A DNA stretch of 64,000 bases from assembly GCA_049903315.1 (NCBI GenBank), contig JBNGBT010000009.1, positions 1 through 64,000 on the forward strand, read 5' to 3'. How positions within the stretch are numbered: the first letter of the stretch is position 1; each line of letters starts with the position of its first letter. The translations under genes and the position numbers were made by a program. Positions 20,076-29,149 of the stretch are shown one piece after another. This DNA comes from Candidatus Cloacimonadota bacterium. GTDB lineage: Bacteria > Cloacimonadota > Cloacimonadia > JGIOTU-2. The notes under the pieces were generated by a model. It searched no databases and was not told where the DNA came from. It was given only the letters and a program-made list of their open reading frames with translations.

Positions 20076-21390
20076 ATCACTCACAGATAAACTCAACTCG
20101 GTTTTTTCAAAACTTAAATCCCGGGGAAAACTTTCAGAAAAAGACATAAAAACAGGCTTGCGGGAGATACGATTAGCTCTTCTCGAAGCAGATGTAAATT
20201 ATAAGATAGTTAAAGATTTCACAAAAAATGTCGAGCAAAAAGCTCTTGGCGAACGCGTGCAAAAATCTCTCACGCCAGGACAACAGATAGTAAAGATCGT
20301 CAATGAAGAACTGGTTTATTTGATGACCTCAGAGCTTGAAGAGAAAATCCTTCCCAAAAACAGAATTTCAAAAATATTGATCGTGGGTTTGCAGGGTTCC
20401 GGAAAAACAACCGCATGCGGCAAACTTGCACTCCACTTTAAAAAGAACGGATATGACTCACTCCTTGTCGCTACCGATGTGTACAGGCCCGCAGCGATCA
20501 AACAGCTTGAAACATTGGGAAAATCTATTGGAGTACCTGTTTATTCCGAAGATACAACACACGTAACCAAAATTGCCAAAGGTGCCATAAAATTTGCAGA
20601 GAAAGAATACCGCAACCTTGTGATCTTCGACACAGCCGGCAGGCTGCATGTGGATGAAAATATGATGGAAGAGGTCGAGGAACTTGCAAAAGTTATCAAA
20701 CCCAACCAAATCCTTTATGTGGCTGACGCAATGACAGGTCAGGATGCTGTGAACAGCGCAAAGGAATTCAACGATCGGCTCGATCTCACCGGTATTATCC
20801 TCTCAAAACTCGATGGCGATGCACGTGGCGGTGCGGCACTTTCTGTTAGAGCAGTCACAGGTAAACCGATACGCTTCGTTAGTATCGGAGAAAAGCTCAG
20901 CGATCTCGAAGCATTCCATCCGGACAGAATTGCATCACGCATTCTCGGCATGGGAGATATGCTCTCTCTTATAGAAAAAGCTGAAACAGTCTTCGAAAAA
21001 GAAGAAGCTGAAAAACTGGAACAAAAGCTTCGAAAAAATCTTTTCACCCTCGACGATTTTCTGGATCAACTCAGAAAAATGCAAAGCATGGGTCCGATGG
21101 ACGAAATCCTGAAAATGCTTCCGGGCAGCAACTCCAAGCTCATGAAAAACATCAATGTCGATGAGCACGAGATCAAACATATCGAAGCAATAATCCTTTC
21201 CATGACCCAAAAAGAGCGCGAGCATCCGGACATTATAAACGGGAGCAGGCGCCATAGAATTGCACATGGCAGCGGCACCTCGCTTCAAAGAGTGAACCAG
21301 CTTCTCAAGCAGTTCGATCAAATGAAAAAAATGATGAAGCGCTTTAATAAAGGGCACTTCGATATGGGAAAACAAATGTTCCCAATGTAA
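20068..21390 (+). CDS. ffh: Signal recognition particle protein
   Basis: GLQGSGKTT, DTAGR, KLDGDARGGAALS, M domain SRRHRIAHGSG. Confidence 0.98.
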   Translation: MFESLTDKLNSVFSKLKSRGKLSEKDIKTGLREIRLALLEADVNYKIVKDFTKNVEQKALGERVQKSLTPGQQIVKIVNEELVYLMTSELEEKILPKNRISKILIVGLQGSGKTTACGKLALHFKKNGYDSLLVATDVYRPAAIKQLETLGKSIGVPVYSEDTTHVTKIAKGAIKFAEKEYRNLVIFDTAGRLHVDENMMEEVEELAKVIKPNQILYVADAMTGQDAVNSAKEFNDRLDLTGIILSKLDGDARGGAALSVRAVTGKPIRFVSIGEKLSDLEAFHPDRIASRILGMGDMLSLIEKAETVFEKEEAEKLEQKLRKNLFTLDDFLDQLRKMQSMGPMDEILKMLPGSNSKLMKNINVDEHEIKHIEAIILSMTQKEREHPDIINGSRRHRIAHGSGTSLQRVNQLLKQFDQMKKMMKRFNKGHFDMGKQMFPM

Positions 21391-21400
21391 TAAGGAAAAC

Positions 21401-21889
21401 ATGGCAACAATAAGAATTTATGTAACCGGCGGCACTTTTGATAAAGAATACAATGAGCTTACGGGCGAACTCTTTTTCCAGGATACTCACATCCATGAAA
21501 TGCTCCTTCTCGGGCGTTGCAAATTAGATCTGAAGATCAGAAATCTTATGCTGGAGGACAGCTTAAGTCTTACAAATGCAGACAGAAAAATCATCCTTGA
21601 TCATTGCATTGATTCTGAGGCAGATAAAATCGTTATCACTCATGGTACAGATATGATGGTGGCCACAGCAAAAGTGCTCAGCGAAGCAATTAAAGACAAA
21701 ACGATCGTACTCACTGGCGCAATGATCCCGTATAGATTCGGCAGTTCGGACGGACTTTTCAATCTCGGGAGCGCACTCGCCTTTGTGCAAACCCTCCCTC
21801 ATGGTGTTTATATTTCTATGAACGGTAAATACTTTGAGTGGGATAAGGTTCAGAAAAACCGCAAAACAGGCATATTCGAAGAAATTTAA
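21401..21889 (+). CDS. Single-domain asparaginase-family protein
   Basis: TGGTFDK, ITHGTD, VLTGAMIP; N-terminal domain only. Confidence 0.8.
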   Translation: MATIRIYVTGGTFDKEYNELTGELFFQDTHIHEMLLLGRCKLDLKIRNLMLEDSLSLTNADRKIILDHCIDSEADKIVITHGTDMMVATAKVLSEAIKDKTIVLTGAMIPYRFGSSDGLFNLGSALAFVQTLPHGVYISMNGKYFEWDKVQKNRKTGIFEEI

Positions 21890-21892
21890 TAT

Positions 21893-22315
21893 ATGATTTC
21901 ACGCGCAACAACTCTCCTGCTATTCGTAATTATACTGATAATTTTTCTTGCTGGCTGTAATGAAGATTTTTCCTCTCAAAAAGATAATTATAGCATTTCT
22001 GCAGATGAAGCCTATAAATTGATCGAGGAGAATGCAGGTGATCCCAATTTTATGATCATCGATGTGCGCTCAGAAGACGAATACAAACAGGGGCATCTAA
22101 AAAATGCGGTGAATATCCTCTATACCTCTCCTGATTTTACCGAGATAATGCAGCAGCATGGTAAGGAAAAAACTTATTTATTTTACTGCCTTTTCGGTGG
22201 GCGCAGCATGACTGCAATGCAAAAGCTGACACCTCTGGGTTTTGAAAATGTCTATAATCTGGATAGTGGAATTGAAGAGTGGAAGGAAGATGGGTTTGAG
22301 GTGGTTACTGAATAA
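21893..22315 (+). CDS. Rhodanese-like lipoprotein
   Basis: Lipobox FLAGC; IIDVRS.DEY..GHL, YCLFGGRS, GIEEW. Confidence 0.85.
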   Translation: MISRATTLLLFVIILIIFLAGCNEDFSSQKDNYSISADEAYKLIEENAGDPNFMIIDVRSEDEYKQGHLKNAVNILYTSPDFTEIMQQHGKEKTYLFYCLFGGRSMTAMQKLTPLGFENVYNLDSGIEEWKEDGFEVVTE

Positions 22316-22325
22316 TTTTTTTTTC

Positions 22326-22416
22326 TCGTTCCGAAGTTGTACTTGGGAACGAATATACTCATGTCTAGATATATTTATCATTAAAAAAATGGTTATAAAG
22401 TGCAACTTTGTAACCA
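22326..22416. repeat. Inverted pair of 27-bp REP-like hairpins (REPIN-like) between convergent genes
   Basis: tcgttccgaagttgtacttgggaacga (22326-52) and tggttataaagtgcaactttgtaacca (22390-416); 19/27 identity as reverse complements. Confidence 0.6.
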
Positions 22417-22466
22417 GTAAATCACACGGTTTCATGTCATGGAGTGGTCCATGACGGCTCATACAA

Positions 22467-23357
22467 TTACAACAACTTCTGTCTTTTAATCAAATAGGCA
22501 AACAGCACCTTATCGTAGGGAGTGGATGTGGTCACAGGCACATAATCGATGTAGGACGTATGGCATTTTGAAGAAAAATATGCCTTCATCTCCTCGATCT
22601 TTTCCTTATATGTTTTCTTAATCTCCCAGGGTTGAGTAATAATTTCCTCACCCGTTTCCATATCGATGAACCGCGTCTTCTTATTATAGGAAAATTCAAT
22701 TTCTTCCTGGTCAAGAAGATGGAAAAGCACCACTTCGTGCTTCTCGTGGCGGAAATGCTGTAAGCCAAGCATCACTTTTTCGGGATCATCCAACAGGTCG
22801 GTAATCAGAATTATCAATCCTCGTTTTTTTATCCTATCTGCAAGATTGTGCAGTATTTCAGGTGTGTTTGTCGTGGAAATCGGCTGTGTCTTTTCGAGTT
22901 CTTTGAAGATTGTGTTAAGGTGTACGGATGTCGAACGCGGAGGAATGTAGGAATGTATTTTCTCGGAAAAAGTCAGAAGCCCGACACCGTCTTTTTGCCT
23001 GATCATCAGATACGTAAGTGCAGAAGCAAGTGTTTTTCCATATTCCAGTTTTGAGATTTTTTGCGAACTAAACTTCATCGAGTTACTGCAATCCAGCAGG
23101 ATATATGCCTTCAGATTCGTTTCTTCTTCATATTTTTTGATGTAGTACCTATCGGTTTTTCCAAACACTTTCCAATCAATATGCTTGATAGAATCGCCGG
23201 GCAGATATTCGCGGTGTTCGAGAAATTCCACGCTGAATCCATGATACGGAGATTTGTGTAGTCCGGTAATAAAGCCCTCAACGATCAATCGTGCCCGAAG
23301 CTCGAAACGGTCGAGTTTTGCTGCAACTTCCGGGGCTAAATAATCTCGCGGGTTCAT
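22467..23357 (-). CDS. DUF58 family (VWA-like) protein
   Basis: GLHKSPYHGFSVEF..HREY.PGD...IDWK, LLDCSNSM. Confidence 0.9.
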   Translation of the reverse strand: MNPRDYLAPEVAAKLDRFELRARLIVEGFITGLHKSPYHGFSVEFLEHREYLPGDSIKHIDWKVFGKTDRYYIKKYEEETNLKAYILLDCSNSMKFSSQKISKLEYGKTLASALTYLMIRQKDGVGLLTFSEKIHSYIPPRSTSVHLNTIFKELEKTQPISTTNTPEILHNLADRIKKRGLIILITDLLDDPEKVMLGLQHFRHEKHEVVLFHLLDQEEIEFSYNKKTRFIDMETGEEIITQPWEIKKTYKEKIEEMKAYFSSKCHTSYIDYVPVTTSTPYDKVLFAYLIKRQKLL

Positions 23358-25360
23358 TTTTTAAAGATGTCCTTTCCTGAGTAGGCGAGCATCATTTCAA
23401 TAATCAAAAGTGCCAAGACAATCCATAAAAGTTGTTTCCAGAAATCGTATCCGTAGCGTGAAGTCAATATCTCATCATGCCAGTTTTTGGGAGTAAGAAA
23501 ATGTATATTGCTCTTTTCTTTTGTAATCTGTTCTTTCTGTTCGTTGTTCAATTCCGAAAGGTCACTTTCCTCTCTCTGTGCATTAAAGGAGAGAACTTTT
23601 ACGAGTCCGGAGTCATCATAAATAAAATAATGCCCTTGTTGATCCGTATGTGGAAATGTGTTTCTATTATCGGTAAAAGTCAGCGGAATGATATCTCCAT
23701 CGGGCATCTGGCAGGTAAATTCTCCCTCAAGTTCAAGCCCTCCTGCAGGCATACTGCCAACCATATACTGGGTAATCTCTGAAGCTGCATCTCCTAGATA
23801 ATAGCCAATATTATAAAAGAGAACCGGGAAAACTGTCTGGTAGATAATATTACTCCATTCATTAGTAAAATCGATTGCTGAAAGAAGCAGGTTATCTTGG
23901 ATCAGAAGCAGAGGACTGCCATTATCCGCACCAAGGAGAGGAACAAAATCTTTCGCGTCTACTTTCCACATTTTTGATATGTCGGCAGTTTGAAAATGTT
24001 CATCAGAAAGCATGGCACAGATCGGATGTGCGCGGTTCACAAAATCCATACCCGAATACTCTTCTTCAACATTCTTATAATGTATATTGTGCTCGATAAG
24101 CCATTCCCTTAAGTCTTCCTGTTGATGCAAATACTCATCCGGTATTAGAAAAATTGCCTTTCCCTTCTGCAAAATATCATCTGCATAAAAACGCATTTTC
24201 TCATCAAAAGGACTCACTGCATACAATATGAATAATTGATTGTTCTCGACGGTCTGTTCATTCATTTCCTGTGGAGTTTTTTGCTCCCATTGCTGCCGGG
24301 TTATCACATCAAGAATAGATGAAAGAGCCACGGGTAGTTTTGTGGAGGAGATCACACATATCTCTGGACTGCTCTGCACAGGAAAATTAAAATAAAATAC
24401 ATTATCATCGGGAAGCATTTCATCTTGTACCCGAACCTCACCAAACTGAAACCGTTCTCCCTGGTCTGGAACTTCAAAAGTAAGTTGTTTTGATTGATAG
24501 GGATTCAAATTGAACGCTGTTTCCACGCGGGTAATATTATTCAAAACCAGGGATACAATAACATCAGAAAGGGATTCTGAGGAATTATTTTTCACCTCTG
24601 CACGAATGACAGGATCATTAGTTTCGCTTAAGATTTTTGGAATGAGCCGCGCATTTACAGAGCTTACATTTTGCCTCACGCTGTCCTCTCCAATCGGTAT
24701 GACAAAAAGATCTGCATTCAATCTTGCATTTTGAATGTCCTTCCATGGCATCCTCTGCTCGTCTGTAATGAAGTATATTTCCTTGTTGATCATATCGGTC
24801 TTTTCAAGTTGTGGCTTTATGCTCTCAAGAACCTGAAGCAAGGGCACTGTATTATCGGAAATCGGGACTGACTGCAGTTCTCTTATTGCCTGAGATGGAG
24901 CTGTAAAATAATCATGCTCAGTATTATATGCCCTATTCAGGCTCACAAGCATTACCCGGTCTTTCTCGTTCAAGAGCTCAAGTATATCCTGTGCATTCTC
25001 GTGAGCTTTAGAGAAAAGAGTATTTTCTTTTTCCAGGTAATTCATACTGAAACTGTTATCCAGAATGAGTGTTACGGCGGTTGGTGCATGTGAAGTGCTT
25101 TTTTGCGGAAGCAGGGCTTTTATTACAGGTCGCGCAAGTGCAAGGATGAAAAATATAATGATAAGTATCCTTGTAATGAGAAGCAAAAGCTCCCTCAATC
25201 TGAGAAGCCGGGATTTTTTCTTTTGTACTTCTTTAAGAAATCGCAACGAGCTGAAATATACAATTTTTGGTTTGTATTTGATGAAAAGGTGGATGAGGAT
25301 GGGGATAATTGCAGCGACTAGCCCAACAAGAAAAAGGGAGTTAAGAAAAGATAAATTCAT
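23354..25360 (-). CDS. BatA-domain / VWA membrane protein
   Basis: F.N..FL.GL.....PILIHL...ALARP; MIDAS DNSFSM; C-terminal TM. Confidence 0.85.
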   Translation of the reverse strand: MNLSFLNSLFLVGLVAAIIPILIHLFIKYKPKIVYFSSLRFLKEVQKKKSRLLRLRELLLLITRILIIIFFILALARPVIKALLPQKSTSHAPTAVTLILDNSFSMNYLEKENTLFSKAHENAQDILELLNEKDRVMLVSLNRAYNTEHDYFTAPSQAIRELQSVPISDNTVPLLQVLESIKPQLEKTDMINKEIYFITDEQRMPWKDIQNARLNADLFVIPIGEDSVRQNVSSVNARLIPKILSETNDPVIRAEVKNNSSESLSDVIVSLVLNNITRVETAFNLNPYQSKQLTFEVPDQGERFQFGEVRVQDEMLPDDNVFYFNFPVQSSPEICVISSTKLPVALSSILDVITRQQWEQKTPQEMNEQTVENNQLFILYAVSPFDEKMRFYADDILQKGKAIFLIPDEYLHQQEDLREWLIEHNIHYKNVEEEYSGMDFVNRAHPICAMLSDEHFQTADISKMWKVDAKDFVPLLGADNGSPLLLIQDNLLLSAIDFTNEWSNIIYQTVFPVLFYNIGYYLGDAASEITQYMVGSMPAGGLELEGEFTCQMPDGDIIPLTFTDNRNTFPHTDQQGHYFIYDDSGLVKVLSFNAQREESDLSELNNEQKEQITKEKSNIHFLTPKNWHDEILTSRYGYDFWKQLLWIVLALLIIEMMLAYSGKDIFKK

Positions 25361-25383
25361 GACATCTGTGATAACTCAGTGAT

Positions 25384-26514
25384 TTAGATAAGTTCCTTAT
25401 CGTACACCCGGTAGGTTTTGTATATCTTCCCACCCATGCGTTCGATAGGACGGCACATGCGGAGATTATCTTCGAGCACCCACGACATCTCACCTCTTGG
25501 CATTCCCTTTTCTACACTCGTTTTTATCGTTTCGTAATACAGCACTGTATCAATACCGATATTTTTAAAATTCTTCACAATCCCGAGAGTAACAACCCGA
25601 ACCTGGTCAACATGCTTCATACCGAGGAGGAGCTTGAGCCATCCAAAGGGTAAGAGCCGTCCGTTTCTCACCTTGATAAGAGCTTGGTTCACATCAGGAA
25701 GCGTAAGTGAAAATGCAATGGGTTTACCCTCGATATATACAATATACGCAAGGTCAAAATCAATAATATCCTTTAGTTCTTTTGCGAGATATATCATCTC
25801 TGCGCGAGTCATGGGCACGAAACCCCAGTTATATTGCCATGCATCGTTGTATATTTCAAAAACAGTCTCGACATCTTCCAGAAAATGCTTCTTGCGGAGC
25901 TTCTTGATTGTGAAATTTCTGCGCTCTTTTATCCTATCTATCATGCTTTCAAGACGCTCGGGCATTCCGTCTATTTTGATATAATAAGCGACCAGATCTT
26001 TTGCTTTATGAAAACCGAACTTCTCGATAAAACTTTCATAATACTGGGGATTGTAGGTCATCATCACGACAGGTGGCGAGCCAAATCCTTTTACCAGCAG
26101 GCCGCATTCATCATTTGTGGAATAATTCATAGGACCGCGAATAATATCCCTACCCCGCTCCTTCAACCAAACTGATGCCGAGACAAAGAGTGCTTCTGCA
26201 GCTTCATAATCCGGCATGCATTCAAAGAAGCCGAAAAATCCAACTTTATCTTTATGAAAATCATTGTGGGTGTGATTGATATGGGCAACAATTCTTCCCA
26301 CGGGACGGTCTCCTCGATATACGATAAAAAATTGAGCTTCAGCATTCTTGAAATATGCACCCTTTTCTGGATAGAATCTCTCTTTCTCCATGCTTATAAG
26401 GGGTGGCACCCAGTTCTTATCGTTTTTATAAACTGTCCATGGAATATGAATAAAGGTCTTAAGATCAGTTTTTGATTCTACTTTTTTAACAGTAATTTCT
26501 TTTGTCTTTGTCAT
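25384..26514 (-). CDS. YghO-like GNAT acyltransferase (bacterial ceramide synthase-like)
   Basis: WVPPL, VGRI, GFFGFFEC, IRGPMNYSTNDECGLLV.GF, YNP.YY, NWGFVP, SWVLEDN, YKTYRVY. Confidence 0.75.
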   Translation of the reverse strand: MTKTKEITVKKVESKTDLKTFIHIPWTVYKNDKNWVPPLISMEKERFYPEKGAYFKNAEAQFFIVYRGDRPVGRIVAHINHTHNDFHKDKVGFFGFFECMPDYEAAEALFVSASVWLKERGRDIIRGPMNYSTNDECGLLVKGFGSPPVVMMTYNPQYYESFIEKFGFHKAKDLVAYYIKIDGMPERLESMIDRIKERRNFTIKKLRKKHFLEDVETVFEIYNDAWQYNWGFVPMTRAEMIYLAKELKDIIDFDLAYIVYIEGKPIAFSLTLPDVNQALIKVRNGRLLPFGWLKLLLGMKHVDQVRVVTLGIVKNFKNIGIDTVLYYETIKTSVEKGMPRGEMSWVLEDNLRMCRPIERMGGKIYKTYRVYDKELI

Positions 26515-27108
26515 CTATATCTCACCACTGTGTCTTCTTGAAATAAGAAAATTCACCACACCCATTACAACCGAAGCAAGAAGCAGATATTTCACATCCA
26601 CCTTCACATTTTTCAGAGGATTATAAAAATAACTCACGACAGGAACCATAATGACCATAAGATATTTTGAAAAACGGATCTGTTTATAGGCAAGAATAAT
26701 TATTCCGGAAATCATCGCTACGATAAGCGTGGGAACTGGAGCAAAATACGCAAGCAGTGCAAGATATGGAATGATGCTGTGCCCTCCTAAAAAACGGTGC
26801 ATCACAGGAAAATAATGAGCAACTACCGCAGCAAGTCCCACAAGCATTAGCAAAACCGGATTGTCTCTCAAGAAAAAATACTGGGTTACGAAAAGAATGA
26901 GGTACACTCTCATGAAATCTATGAGCCAGCATAGAATACCGATTGCTTTACTGACATTCCTGTATACATTCCCCGCATCGGCTGTGAAATTTCCTGCCTT
27001 GTAGATATTCACTTTGCTATAAAAACGCGTAAATAATCGTGCAAAGGAAAATGACCCGACAAGGTACGCAGCAAGAATCAATAGAATTTCTTTAATTATT
27101 ATGCTCAT
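26515..27108 (-). CDS. Divergent PlsY-family membrane acyltransferase
   Basis: AYLVGSFSF, GN...AGNVYR, D..RV, AHYFPV..F.GG; several canonical motif residues altered. Confidence 0.75.
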   Translation of the reverse strand: MSIIIKEILLILAAYLVGSFSFARLFTRFYSKVNIYKAGNFTADAGNVYRNVSKAIGILCWLIDFMRVYLILFVTQYFFLRDNPVLLMLVGLAAVVAHYFPVMHRFLGGHSIIPYLALLAYFAPVPTLIVAMISGIIILAYKQIRFSKYLMVIMVPVVSYFYNPLKNVKVDVKYLLLASVVMGVVNFLISRRHSGEI

Positions 27109-27195
27109 AAGTAGTGTACAAAAGCTCGAAGTGCCACCGTAACGTCAAGAATTTCTTGAGAGGGATTATCACAAATAACTCGGCATACAGTCCAT

Positions 27196-29136
27196 TTAAT
27201 TATCGTTATTTTCGGAAAAATCTCTGAATTGGATGCTATATAATTTTTTATAAAGATTATCCTGCTCGATCAATTCTTCGTGTGAACCCTGCTCCGCAAT
27301 AATGCCTTTATCTATTACAACAATTTTACTGCAATTTCTGATCGTGGAAAGTCTATGGGCAATGATGAGTGTTGTCCTGTTTTTCATCAGTCTGTATATC
27401 GCTTCCTGAACCTGATATTCGGATTCTCCGTCGAGTGAAGAGGTGGCTTCATCAAAGATGAGTATCTGCGGATTTTTCAAAATGGCTCTTGCGATGGCAA
27501 TGCGCTGTTTCTGCCCGCCTGAAAGCTTCACGCCACGCTCTCCAATAATGGTATCGTACCCCTCTTCAAGTTCCAAAATAAATTCATGGGCATTTGCTGC
27601 TTTCGCTGCCTGAACGACATCTTCATGTGAGGCATCCTGTCTGCCATAGGAAATATTGTGCGCGACCGTGTCATCAAAAAGGATAACTTCCTGAGTTACC
27701 ATGCCCATGAGATTGCGGATATCGTTCATCTTATAGTCCCGCATGTCTATATTATCTATCTTGATCGCACCATTTGTCGGATCATAAAATCTGAGCAGTA
27801 AGTCCATCATTGTGGACTTTCCCCCTCCGCTTGGGCCGACAAACGCAACTGCCTCTCCTTTTTTTATTGTAAGATTAATATCTTTCAGTACAATATCAGA
27901 TGTCGGGTATTTAAACGACATATCATTGAATACGATGGAATCGCCAAAAACACTTATAGATTTTGCATCATCCTTATCTACAAGTAAAACGGGCTCATCT
28001 ATAACATCAAAAACGCGTTCTGCTGCAGCAAGCCCTTTGTTGATCTCGGAATAAACTCGCGCAATTTCCTTTATTGGATGTAAACTTGCAAGCAGGGCAA
28101 CAAGAAAGAGGGAAAACTTTCCTGCACTCATCGCATTATTAGGATTCAGCACAAGTAGTCCGCCATACCATATAATGACGAGTGTGATCATGATCGACAT
28201 GAATTCCGTAAAAGGTGTCACCAATTGACCTGCTCTTACCATGTGCACGGATTTTTTATAGAACTTCCTATTCTCTTTCAAAAAACGGGCTTTTTCATAA
28301 TTGCCCATTGCAAATGCCAACACAATGCGGATATTCATGATCGTTTCCTGCAGAATAGAAGTAATATCCGCAAATTTCTGCTGTACTTTCCTGCTCCTTC
28401 GCTTCAGCGCGCTGGAAATCAAACTCACCGTGACCGATATTGGTATAACAACAAAAAGTGTCATAAGAGACATCCGCACACTAACCGTGACCATCATAAA
28501 AACATACACAGAAACAAGAAGGAGATTTCTTAAGAGATTAGTTGCGGAATTTAGGGTCATGCCGCGGATCATTTTCACGTCATTCACTGCCCGGGAAATG
28601 ATCTCACCAAGCTTATGGCTATGAAAGAATTCGAGGGGTTTTTTGAGAAGAGCTTCGTAAAAATCATTTCTGATGAACATGATGACCTTCTCTTCGATCT
28701 GTTTAAAAATGATCTGCTGAAAGTACATTGAGAGACTTCGGACAAAAAAAAGTATCGCAGCAAGCACAAGGAGCAGCTTGAGAATCATACTTTTCGAATT
28801 TCTCTCTGAAAATTCTTTCAAAGAAACACTGATATCCTCTTTTATCTTATCAAAACGATCCTTCTCTTTCCAATTGTTTTTGATGGCTTGCACACTTTGG
28901 TCAATAATCCATCCGGCTTCTTTGAATATGTATGAGAGTGTCGAAGCGCTTCTGCTCGCTTCGTCCGCCTTCCATTCTTCGTCCGTTTGTTTCACAAAGA
29001 TCTCATCAACGACCGGATAGACAATTCCAATCGAAACGCCGCTGAAGGACGCATAAACAATGAGCACAAGCAGACCAAGTATTGCTTGAGGCCAGACCCA
29101 TTTCAGATAGGATAGGATGCGGAGAAAAAGTTTCAT
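27196..29136 (-). CDS. MsbA-like ABC exporter (TMD + NBD)
   Basis: GPSGGGKST, LSGGQKQRIAIARA, IFDEATS, IAHRLST. Confidence 0.9.
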   Translation of the reverse strand: MKLFLRILSYLKWVWPQAILGLLVLIVYASFSGVSIGIVYPVVDEIFVKQTDEEWKADEASRSASTLSYIFKEAGWIIDQSVQAIKNNWKEKDRFDKIKEDISVSLKEFSERNSKSMILKLLLVLAAILFFVRSLSMYFQQIIFKQIEEKVIMFIRNDFYEALLKKPLEFFHSHKLGEIISRAVNDVKMIRGMTLNSATNLLRNLLLVSVYVFMMVTVSVRMSLMTLFVVIPISVTVSLISSALKRRSRKVQQKFADITSILQETIMNIRIVLAFAMGNYEKARFLKENRKFYKKSVHMVRAGQLVTPFTEFMSIMITLVIIWYGGLLVLNPNNAMSAGKFSLFLVALLASLHPIKEIARVYSEINKGLAAAERVFDVIDEPVLLVDKDDAKSISVFGDSIVFNDMSFKYPTSDIVLKDINLTIKKGEAVAFVGPSGGGKSTMMDLLLRFYDPTNGAIKIDNIDMRDYKMNDIRNLMGMVTQEVILFDDTVAHNISYGRQDASHEDVVQAAKAANAHEFILELEEGYDTIIGERGVKLSGGQKQRIAIARAILKNPQILIFDEATSSLDGESEYQVQEAIYRLMKNRTTLIIAHRLSTIRNCSKIVVIDKGIIAEQGSHEELIEQDNLYKKLYSIQFRDFSENNDN

Positions 29137-29149
29137 GATGAGCTATACA

